A stretch of 24,000 nt of DNA from contig CAKKTM010000260.1 in NCBI GenBank assembly GCA_920888515.1, positions 3,837 to 27,836 on the forward strand, written 5' to 3'. Positions 4,850 to 12,517 of the stretch are shown here, piece after piece. The notes beneath the pieces are model-generated. The model worked only from the letters and a program-made list of their open reading frames with translations. It searched no databases and was not told the DNA's origin. The position numbers were made by a program, and so were the translations under genes. Origin of the DNA: Frankia sp. CiP1_Cm_nod1. Its GTDB lineage: Bacteria > Actinomycetota > Actinomycetes > Frankiales > Frankiaceae. Positions within the stretch are counted from its first letter, which is position 1. Each line of letters opens with the position of its first letter.

Positions 4850-7739
4850 CTTCCTGCGTTGTGGGGGTGAGGAGGGCGTGGATGGCGGCGGCGAGGGCGG
4901 CCGGGTCGGGATGGGGTGGGAGGTGACGGTGGTAGCGGTTGTCGGGGCTGTGGCTGTGGCCGTGGCCGTGGGTTCGGGTGGGGCCGCTGGTCTGGTTGTG
5001 GCCGGTTTGGTGGGTGTTGCTGGTTCGGTTGTTGGTCCGGTGGGGGCGGGTGGGGGGCTCGTCGCCGGGGGTGTGGGTGGTCAACAGGCGCAGGTGGGGG
5101 CCGAGCGGGAGGGGGTGGTCGTCGGGGAGGTGGTGGTGGGTGAGCAGGACGGTGGTGGGCTGCGGGGTGTGTTCCGCGGTGCGCAGGGCGGTGGCCAGGT
5201 CGGGGGGATCCAGGGTGCGGCTGGTCCAGATGGCGGCGAGGTCGGCCGGGCCGGTCAGCGGGAGCGCCAGGGCGGGCTGGTCGAAAGTGATCAGGGTGGG
5301 GTGGGTGCCGGCGTGCCAGAGGGTGGTGGTCAGCAGGTGCGCGGTCAGGCGCAGGAGGGTTTCGACGGGGCCGTAGGTGGGTGGGCTGGTGTCGAGGATG
5401 ATCGTCACAGGGTGGGGTGGGAGTGTGGGGGTGGTGGTGTGGTGGCGGTAGAGCAGGTCGCCGCGGGCGAGGCGGAGGGTGAACAGGTCGTCGGGGAGAG
5501 CGTGGTGGGTGGGTAGCAGTGCGCGAGGGGTGCCGTGATGGGTGATGCCGGTGCTGCCGGGAGTGTGCGTGCTGGTGATGGCCTGCCCCGTTCCGGCGGT
5601 GGTGAGGGCGGTGACGGTGAGCAGCAGGGTGTGCTGGTAGGTGGGCAGCGGCGGCATGGCCGGGGCGCGGCCGCGCAGGCGGAGCGGGAGGGTGGGGTCG
5701 GTGGCGACGGCGTCGGGGCCGACAAGGCCGAGCAGGCTGGCGAGCTGGGGGGTGATGCCGGCGGCGGCGGTGAGCCGGTCGAGCTGACGGGACGTGAGAG
5801 GTGCCGCTGCCGGGCCGGGCGGGCTGCGCAGGGCGACGGTCAGGGCGTGATGCTGATCGATCGGGGTGCTGCCGGCCGGGGGGATGGCCCGGGGGCCGGC
5901 GGGCAGGTCGGCGGCGAGCAGGGCCGCCAGCCCGACACGGGCGGCCGGCGGCCAGCCCAGCGCCCGCAGCCGGCCGACCCCGGGGTGGGCGGCCAGGGCG
6001 CGCAGCCGCGGGTCGTACAGCGCAGGACCGTCCCCGCCGGGTGGACGCCCGGGGGTGCCACCGTCCGCCGGACGTCCCGGGGCGCCGCCCAGCGGATACG
6101 CCGGCCGGGCTGGCGTGGATGCGGCGCCGGTTGGGCGAGAGGCGACGCCGGTTGAGTGAGAGGCGACGCCGGTTGGGCGAGAGGCGACGCCGGTTGGGCG
6201 AGAGAAGGCGTGAGCCCCTGTATCGGTGGCGATGGCCGCCTCGGTGGTTTCCCCGTCGCCGGTGTCGGCGGTGCCGCTACCGGCGCCGCTTACGCCGTTA
6301 CGGCCGCTGCCGATTATACGGCCGCCAGCAGGGCCACCACCGACAGTGGTGGGATCGGTGCCGACGGGGGCGGCGATGGGCTTGCCGGTGAGGGTGACCA
6401 GGTCCGCGAGCAGGGACAGTGGGGGCCACAGCCCACCGGCTCCCAGCAGGACCAGCCCGGCCGCCGCGGTCCGCAGCGCCGCCGCGGCCGTGCCCACAGC
6501 CGCGGGCACCGAAGATATGACCATGCTGGACGATGTGCCCGTGGACGATGTGGCCATGGTGGACGCCGACAGGCGCGGCACCTCCACCGCCCGCACCGTG
6601 GCGTCGCCGCCGCCGGTGGCGAGCAGGAGCCGGCCCTCCCCGCCGACGGCCCACGCCACCGACCAGACCGGGCCGGGATAGCCGGTGAGGGTGCGCAGGC
6701 AGGTGCCGCCGACCGGGTCCCACACCCGCACCGTGCCGTCGAAGCTGCTGGAGGCGAGTAGCGGAGCCCGGCCGTCACCACCGGCGGCCCACGCAACCGA
6801 ACCGACTCCGTCGGTGTGGCCGGTGAGGGTGTGCAGGCAGGCACCGCTGGCCGGATCCCACACCCGCACCGTGCGGTCGCCGCCGCCGCTGGCGAGCAGG
6901 AGCCGGCCGTCCCGGCCGGTCACCCACGCCACCGTGTCGACCCCGCCGGTGTGGCCGGTGAGAGTGTGCAGGCAGGTGCCGGTCAGGGGGTCCCACACCC
7001 GTACCGTGCGGTCGTAGCCGCCGCCGCTGGCGAGCAGGTGCTGGCCGTCCCGGCCGGTCGCCCACGCCACCGAGTTGACCCCGTCGGTGTGGCCGGTGAG
7101 GTTGCGCAGGCAGCTGCCGGCGAGGGTGTCCCACACCTGCACCGTGGCGTCGCGGCTGCCCGCGGCGAGCAACGGCCGACTGTCACCGCCGGTCGCCCAC
7201 GCCACCGACATGACGCTACGGGTGGGACGGCGGGTCATGGTGTGCAGGCAGGCGCCGGTGAACGGATCCCACACCCGCACCGTCGTATCCTCACTGCCGG
7301 TAGCAAGCAGCAGCCGTCCGTCGCTGTCGGTCACCCACGCTACCGACCAGACTCCGTTGGCATGGCCGGTGAGGGTGTGCAGGCAGGTGCCGGTGAACGG
7401 ATCCCACACCCGCGCCGTGGCATCCTCACCACCGGTGGCAAGCAGCAGCCGCCCGTCCCGCTCGGCCGCCCACGCCACCGACATGACCGGGCCGGTATGG
7501 CCACCGGTCAGGGTGGTCGACGATTCGGCGACAGCGACATCACCTGGCGCCCACGGCTCGTCCCGCCGGGGAGCTGGTTCGGCCGGCCGCGCGTCGTCGG
7601 ACAGGGGTGAGACCCTCGCGGGATCACCCGTGCGGCCCACGGTGCGGGCATGTGTGACCGCCCAGGCGCGTAGGGCGGCGTCCACGGGCGGGGTGGTGCT
7701 CGCCTGACCCGTCGGACCATTCTCCCGCTGCTCGTCCAC
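4791..7739 (-). CDS. Multidomain protein: N-terminal 7-bladed WD40 beta-propeller, low-complexity/hydrophobic linker, degenerate vWA-like domain, His-rich tail
   Basis: 982-aa uninterrupted ORF with GTG start at 7739. It has seven GH..GV.SVAW...DGRLLLA.G..D.TVRVWD blades (6579-7502) and a hydrophobic stretch AAAGLVLLGAGGLWPPLSLLADLV (about 6393-6470). SRPTGVA x4 comes from a 21-bp repeat (6121-6204). The C-terminal VTIILDTSPPTYGPVETLLRLTAHLL...HPTLITFDQP...DPPDLATALRTAEH...TTVLLTHHH (about 5064-5408) follows the vWA strand/helix order. Its MIDAS-like positions are degenerate: DTSPP instead of DxSxS, DPP instead of GGT, THHH instead of TDG. The tail THGHGHSHSPDNRYHRH lies at about 4905-5051. 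Confidence 0.8.
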   Translation of the reverse strand: MDEQRENGPTGQASTTPPVDAALRAWAVTHARTVGRTGDPARVSPLSDDARPAEPAPRRDEPWAPGDVAVAESSTTLTGGHTGPVMSVAWAAERDGRLLLATGGEDATARVWDPFTGTCLHTLTGHANGVWSVAWVTDSDGRLLLATGSEDTTVRVWDPFTGACLHTMTRRPTRSVMSVAWATGGDSRPLLAAGSRDATVQVWDTLAGSCLRNLTGHTDGVNSVAWATGRDGQHLLASGGGYDRTVRVWDPLTGTCLHTLTGHTGGVDTVAWVTGRDGRLLLASGGGDRTVRVWDPASGACLHTLTGHTDGVGSVAWAAGGDGRAPLLASSSFDGTVRVWDPVGGTCLRTLTGYPGPVWSVAWAVGGEGRLLLATGGGDATVRAVEVPRLSASTMATSSTGTSSSMVISSVPAAVGTAAAALRTAAAGLVLLGAGGLWPPLSLLADLVTLTGKPIAAPVGTDPTTVGGGPAGGRIIGSGRNGVSGAGSGTADTGDGETTEAAIATDTGAHAFSRPTGVASRPTGVASHSTGVASRPTGAASTPARPAYPLGGAPGRPADGGTPGRPPGGDGPALYDPRLRALAAHPGVGRLRALGWPPAARVGLAALLAADLPAGPRAIPPAGSTPIDQHHALTVALRSPPGPAAAPLTSRQLDRLTAAAGITPQLASLLGLVGPDAVATDPTLPLRLRGRAPAMPPLPTYQHTLLLTVTALTTAGTGQAITSTHTPGSTGITHHGTPRALLPTHHALPDDLFTLRLARGDLLYRHHTTTPTLPPHPVTIILDTSPPTYGPVETLLRLTAHLLTTTLWHAGTHPTLITFDQPALALPLTGPADLAAIWTSRTLDPPDLATALRTAEHTPQPTTVLLTHHHLPDDHPLPLGPHLRLLTTHTPGDEPPTRPHRTNNRTSNTHQTGHNQTSGPTRTHGHGHSHSPDNRYHRHLPPHPDPAALAAAIHALLTPTTQEAVGENRYRSDVFHLRPRNP
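6579..7502 (-). repeat. Array of 7 WD40 blades (45-46 aa, about 135-138 bp period) with high blade-to-blade identity
   Basis: Blades align almost residue for residue (SVAW, DGRLLLATGG, TVRVWDP, G.CLHTLTGH). Differences concentrate just after GH, at V-x-S, and in the AW-xxxx-DG loop. Confidence 0.85.
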
Positions 7740-7903
7740 GCCGCCTCGCCGCCCCGCCAGTGCTGTCGCCCGCCGACACCTGCCGACGTCGCCCCGCGGC
7801 GATCAGCGTAACCCCGGCGCATGCGGATCAGTTCGGTCAGCCGGCCGCCGGCGGCTGACCGCGACCGGCCAGCGGCCCGTGACAGCCTGGTGACGGTGCA
7901 CTG

Positions 7904-8497
7904 TCAGCGGTCCCGGACGGTGATGCCTGCCAGGATCAGGTGGAGGAAGCGAGTGCTGCCGTCCCTGTCGGGCAGTGCGTTCTCCCGTACCCATGCCGCG
8001 CCGCCGAGCAGGTCGAACAGTTCCTCGGGGGTGAGGTCCGCGCGGACCCGGCCGGCGTCCTGAGCCGCCCGCAGCAGCTCCGCCCCGCAGCGGTGCATAG
8101 CCATGCACACGGCATGTGACGGTGTGCCCTCGTCGTACATGCTCTGCGTCAGGATCTCGACCAGCCCCCGGAAGGTGCTGAAGTGCTCGATGGCGTTGGC
8201 CATCCAGTCCGTCAGCGCGTGGAGCGGGTCGACGCCGTCGGCCCGCATGCCCTCGGCGCGCGCGACAAGCGCCTGCAGACCGTCCCTGGTCGTGGCCTCG
8301 ACCAGACAGGCCCGGGTCGGGAAGTGCCGGTAGAGGGTGCCGATGGCGACCCCCGCCTGGCTGGCGATCTCCTCCAGTGACGCGTCGGAACCGGCGGCGT
8401 CGAACGCCTTGCGCGCGGCGCTGAGGATCGCGTCGTAGTTGCGTCTTCCGTCAGCCCGCTTGGGACGGTGGGCGATGTACGGTACGGCGCCTCCCAT
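7904..8497 (-). CDS. TetR/AcrR family transcriptional regulator
   Basis: HTH region RRNYDAILSAARKAFDAAGSDASLEEIASQAGVAIGTLYRHFPTR is followed by a helical ligand-binding domain. I place the start at the internal ATG 8497 (MGGAVPYIAHRP...) because GAGAGGAGGG (Shine-Dalgarno-like) sits just upstream. The track ORF extends to 8641. Confidence 0.85.
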   Translation of the reverse strand: MGGAVPYIAHRPKRADGRRNYDAILSAARKAFDAAGSDASLEEIASQAGVAIGTLYRHFPTRACLVEATTRDGLQALVARAEGMRADGVDPLHALTDWMANAIEHFSTFRGLVEILTQSMYDEGTPSHAVCMAMHRCGAELLRAAQDAGRVRADLTPEELFDLLGGAAWVRENALPDRDGSTRFLHLILAGITVRDR

Positions 8498-8677
8498 CGG
8501 CCCTCCTCTCGCGTCTCCCCGCTGGCAGCCTGAGCATTTCTCATGTTGGGAGCGCCCGGCAACAGGGATCCGATCATCAGTCGAGACAAACAGGGCGATC
8601 CACGACGTCGGGATGGCAGGGCCACCGGTCCACACGGCCACGCAGCCGGGCGGCCACGCAGCCGGGCGGGAAAGAAG

Positions 8678-9469
8678 TCAGACCTGTCCCGTCACGGCAT
8701 AGTCGAGACTGTCGTTCAGGATGGCGTTCTGGAGTCGGCGCATCGTCTCACCGGGCTCGAGCCCGAGCTCGTCCCGTAGTACCCGCCGGGTGTGCTGGAA
8801 CACCCTGAGCGCTTCGGCGCGGCGGCCCGACCGGTGCAGCGCGAGCATCAGCTGTTCCCGGAAGGCCTCGTGCAGCGGGTGCTCCTCGACCCAGTTCGTC
8901 AGGTCGCCCACCAGCTCACGGTGGCGTCCCGTCCGCAGCAGGCAGTACGCGATCGACTCCAGGCATTCCAGCCGTATCTCCTCCGCCCACCGTACGAAAG
9001 TGGTTGTGGTCGCGCCTCTGCCGATCCCGGCCAGCACGGGCCCGCGGAAAAGCCGCGACGCCGCGGTGAAGCTGACGAGCGCCCGCTCCGGATCAGGCAT
9101 GCGGTTCTCCCGCCCGCGGGCATGCGACACCCGTAGTTCGCAGGTGTCCAGCAAAGCCTCGTCGACCGCGAGCAGATAGCCCTGCGGGTGCGTTACGATC
9201 ACCGCGTTGCGCACCCTGAAATGGGCGAACATCTTACGTAGATGAGAAACGTAGACGTGCAGTCCGGCGCGCGCCCGGCGGGGCCGTTCCTCACCCCAGA
9301 TCTCGCTGATCAGCTCCTCGGAGAAGACCGGGCGGTTCGCGCGGATGAGAAGCACGGCGAGCAGGGTCTCGATTTTGGCCGCGCTGATCGTCCTCGGACC
9401 GTCCCGGTCGCTCACCAGTTGGAGAGGGCCCAGCAACTCGAATCTCACGGCTTCTCTCACGACTTCCAC
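8678..9469 (-). CDS. SARP (AfsR/DnrI/RedD-type) transcriptional regulator: OmpR-like winged helix plus BTAD domain
   Basis: VRFELLGPLQL...ISAAKIETLLAVLLIRANRPVFSEELISEIWGEERP...LHVYVSHLRK is the DNA-binding domain. LECLESIAYCLLRTGRHRELVGDLTNWVEEHPLHEAFREQLMLALHRSGRRAEALRVFQHTRRVLRDELGLEP is the BTAD domain. The start is uncertain. GTG at 9469 has GAGGA upstream; alternatives are GTG 9460, GTG 9448, ATG 9595 and the track start 9661. Confidence 0.8.
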   Translation of the reverse strand: MEVVREAVRFELLGPLQLVSDRDGPRTISAAKIETLLAVLLIRANRPVFSEELISEIWGEERPRRARAGLHVYVSHLRKMFAHFRVRNAVIVTHPQGYLLAVDEALLDTCELRVSHARGRENRMPDPERALVSFTAASRLFRGPVLAGIGRGATTTTFVRWAEEIRLECLESIAYCLLRTGRHRELVGDLTNWVEEHPLHEAFREQLMLALHRSGRRAEALRVFQHTRRVLRDELGLEPGETMRRLQNAILNDSLDYAVTGQV

Positions 9470-9611
9470 AGCCCTGTCCTCTGCCGGATGAAGCCCCGTC
9501 CCGCGCGCAGGACGGGACGGATGTGGATGACGACGGTGCGGCGGGCCGGAGCCCGCTTCGCCTGACGCGGCACCAGCGGCGTGGTCGGGATACATGTGGG
9601 CGGGGTATCCG

Positions 9612-11071
9612 TCAGGCTCTCTCGCCGGCGAGCTCGGGCCGCGTGACCGGCTTCCTGGCACCGGTCAGCCCGAACACGGCCAGCGCGAGCGCTGTCGCGG
9701 TGTAGCCGACGCCGACGTAGAACGCGATCCGGTAGCCGTGGACGACGTCGGTGGCGGTGCCGGCCGTGCCGGCGGTCGCGGCGCCGAACACCGCCACCAG
9801 GATGGCCAGCCCGATCGAGCCGCCCAGCCGCTGCGAGACGTTGAGCACCCCGGCGGCGGCGCCGGCGATGCCGGGTTCCACGTCGGCCAGCGCGATCCGG
9901 GTGACCAGGGCGAACTGCAGCCCGATGCCGGCGCCGAAGAGCGTCATCGGCCCGAGCACGGCCGCGAGGTAGGAGCTGTGCTCGGTGATCCGGGTGAGCC
10001 AGACGGTTGCCGTCAGAGTGGCGGTCGCACCGACGATCAGGACGGGTTTGGCGCCGAACCGTTCGGACAGCCCGGACACCAGTGGGAGAACGCGAAGATC
10101 CCGATGCCCCACGGCACGAACGCCAGCCCGGCCTGGAACGGGGTCAGCCGCAGGATGTTCTGCAGGAACTGGGTGACGAAGAAGAAGATGGCGAAGATCG
10201 ACCCGCCGAGCAGCAGCAGCAGGTTCGCGCTGACCCGGTTGCGGTTGCGGAACAGCGCGAGCGGGGTCAGCGGCGCCTCGGTCCGCCGCTCGACCGCCAC
10301 GAAGGCGACCAGCAGCAGCACACCCACCACGGTCAGCGTCAGCAGTTCGGGCCAGCTGCCGGACGAGCTGCGGATCAGGACGTAGGTCAGCGCGGTGACC
10401 CCGAGGGTGGACAGCAGTGCCCCGGTGACGTCGAAGCGTCCGCCGGCCCGGTCCGACTCACGGATATGGACGGTCGCGAGCGCCGCGACGAACACTCCGA
10501 TCGGCACGTTGACGAACATGGTCCAGCACCAGGAGGCCCATTCTGTGAGCACGCCACCAAGGATCATCCCGACCACGCCGCCGGCCCCGGACACCGCGCC
10601 GTAGACGCCGATGGCCCTGGCCCGGGCCGGCCCGGCGAAGTTGGTGGCGATCAGAGCGAGCGCGGTCGGTGACGCGACCGCGGCACCGACGCCCTGCAGG
10701 GCCCGCGCGGCCACCAGCGCTCCCGCGTTCGGCGCGAGCCCGGCCAGCAGCGAGGCCAGGGTGAACAGCCAGACCCCGGCGAGGAAGACGCGTCTGCGTC
10801 CGAGGATGTCCCCGGCCCGCCCGCCGAGCAGGAGCAGCCCGCCGAAGGTCAGCGTGTAGGCGTTGAGCACCCAGGACAGCCCGGTCGGTGAGAACCCGAG
10901 GTCGAAGCGGATGTCGGGCAGCGCGATGTTGACCACGCTGGCGTCGAGCACCACCATCAGCTGGCTCACCGCGATCGCGGTGAGGAGCAGCGCCGGCCGG
11001 CCGCGCGGAGCCGAGCCGGTGGCCTCGGCGGCAGCGATGGTGGTGGGCGCGCCACTGGGCGAGGCAGCCAT
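9612..11071 (-). pseudogene. DHA2 (EmrB/QacA-type, 14-TMS) MFS drug exporter, interrupted by a 1-nt frameshift
   Basis: ATG at 11071 is preceded by GGAGGG. N-terminal motifs: LLLTAIAVSQLMVVLDASVVNIALP and GRAGDILGRRRVF. Similarity continues to ...AFVPWGIGIFAFS in one frame (track ORF 10037..11683), then resumes as PLVSGLSERFGAKPVLIVG... in the frame of ORF 9612..10112. The switch is at a G/C run at 10084-10086, where one extra C on the coding strand would restore a ~486-aa protein. It could be a real frameshift or a homopolymer sequencing error. Confidence 0.75.
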
Positions 11072-11243
11072 CAGCCCTCCGTTGGCAGTGAGACGTCGGC
11101 AGCGGGAAAGGACGGGAGAGGTTACGGAAGATCGGAGGAGACCCGAGGCCGGTGGGGACTGCCGGGCGCTGGCCGACGAACGCGTGTTCGTGCCCGCCCA
11201 CCGGGTGCTGCTCGGCGTTCTGGGCCGCGCGGCCGGGCGGGGC

Positions 11244-11420
11244 GAGATCAGGGCCGAGCTGGTCACCGACCTGATCGCGCTCGGCCTCGGCGGCCTGGCC
11301 GGCCCAGTAGCGCAGCCGGTAGAACTCGCGCGCGGGCACCGGCGCGAAACGCCACGCGGCCGGGTGCCAGCCGGCACCCTCCAGCGCGACGGCGAGATGA
11401 AGCGGAGCGTGACCTGCCAC
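11244..11420 (-). pseudogene. Possible N-terminal remnant of an NtaA/DszA-type luciferase-like (LLM) monooxygenase
   Basis: The start of track ORF 10458..11420 reads (V)AGHAPLHLAVALEGAGWHPAAWRFAPVPAREFYRLRYWAGQAAEAERDQVGDQ. This resembles the HLg.f..G.G.H.aaWR....y..lA..AER..fD N-terminus of that family. Similarity is then lost, and the ORF runs into the MFS gene. Confidence 0.3.
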
Positions 11421-11853
11421 GGCTCACCACACTTTCCGGGTGTCTCTGGCACCACCACCGGTACGGCCACCGGAAAAAGATCTCCTGATACCGGCACGTC
11501 GATACGGTCGTGGCGGCTGGTAAAGGCGTGCGCGGCACTCGGGAAAAGCCGACACGGCAGTGCCCCCACCAGACAACACGGCCTCCACGAAAGCTGACAC
11601 GAATAACGCGGCCGACACCGGATCCGGTCTTTTACGCGGCCTGCGACTGGGCGGATCTTACAGTCGGCCGAAGAGCCGGACAAGAGGCCTGGCGGGCGAC
11701 GTGGCCATCATTTTGGTACGGCTTTAGAACTGTTCTGGAACACGTAATACAAAAGACAACGGAACAGCGGTACGGTGCTGGGCGGGGCCGCCCCTGAAAA
11801 GGCCGCCCGGCCCAGCAGCCCACCAGCCCACCAGAGCCAGTCGAGGAGCTCGA

Positions 11854-12440
11854 TTGACCGCGCTGTCCGTGCTCGACCAGGGGCCGGTAGGCCGCGACAC
11901 CGGCCCACGGCAGGCCATCCACGACTCCGTCGCGGTGGCGAGGGAACTCGACACGGCCGGCTACTCCAGGTACTGGGTCGCGGAACATCACGGCACCGCC
12001 AGCCGGGCGGTCTCCGCGCCGGAGGTCCTCGTCGGGGCCGCCGGACGACGTGCCGCTGCCCCCGGTGTACCTGCTCGGCTCCAGCGCGTCCGCCGCGCGG
12101 ACGGCCGCCGCTGTCGGCCTCCCGTACGCGATGACCGCCGGCTTCCGCGACCCGGCCCTGGCCGTCGAAGGGCTGCGGCTCTACCGGCAGCGGTTCACCC
12201 CGACCCGCGACGGCGATCGCCCGTACGCGATCGTGGTGCTCCGGGCATGGGTCGGTGACGACCGGGAGCACGCCGAGGCGCTCGCCGCGCCGGAGCGGCT
12301 GGCCAACGTGTGGCAGCTCGCCGGTGCCGCGGCGGCGCTGGTACCGGTGCGCGAGGCGCTCGCGTACCGGTTCAGCGAACCGGAACGCGCCGTGCGGGAC
12401 CGTCTTGACCTGCGCTCGGACCTGGTCGGCGCGCCTCACG
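11854..12440 (+). pseudogene. Luciferase-family (LLM class, group 1-like) flavin oxidoreductase with an internal deletion, frame change and truncated 3' end
   Basis: TTG start at 11854 with GAGGAG 5 nt upstream. The N-terminus LSVLDQGPV...AGYSRYWVAEHHGTASRAVSAPEVLVGAAG fits the family. About 110 expected residues (the IRvGSGG...PGRIDLGlGRA core) are missing. Similarity resumes in another frame from about 12044 (DDVPLPPVYLLGSSASAARTAAAVGLPYAMTAGF...LYRQRFTP...PYAIVVL). The C-terminal end is lost where the convergent gene 12518..13993 begins to overlap. Confidence 0.6.
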
Positions 12441-12517
12441 GCGCCGCAGCGGTCGAACGTCCCGGCGTGCCGGCCCCGGCCCCGCGAAGCCGCACGCCCA
12501 TGGACGAGAAACAGCCC

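Noticed and set aside
4812-5516. Plus-strand 234-aa Gly/Val-rich ORF opposite the vWA-like region, considered as the true coding strand because of the odd composition.
   Set aside because: The product is almost pure G/V/A/E low complexity. The minus-strand frame gives alternating strand/helix-like segments and is contiguous with the WD40 propeller in one 2.9-kb ORF.
7508-8108. Minus-strand ORFs 7508..7822 and 7803..8108 in the gap between the WD40 and TetR genes.
   Set aside because: They overlap the WD40 N-terminus or the TetR C-terminus in other frames, are Arg/Gly/Pro-rich and have no motifs. I treat 7740-7903 as intergenic.
8636-8667. 16-bp tandem duplication (ggccacgcagccgggc x2) upstream of the TetR gene, considered as a possible operator.
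   Set aside because: It is a direct rather than inverted repeat and lies about 140 bp from the start codon, at the 3' flank of the SARP gene. No palindrome typical of TetR operators was found, so the evidence is insufficient.
11072-11683. N-terminal 204-aa extension of the MFS ORF 10037..11683.
   Set aside because: It has no transporter-like sequence. A strong GGAGGG-ATG start at 11071 is followed immediately by the canonical first TM region of DHA2 transporters.
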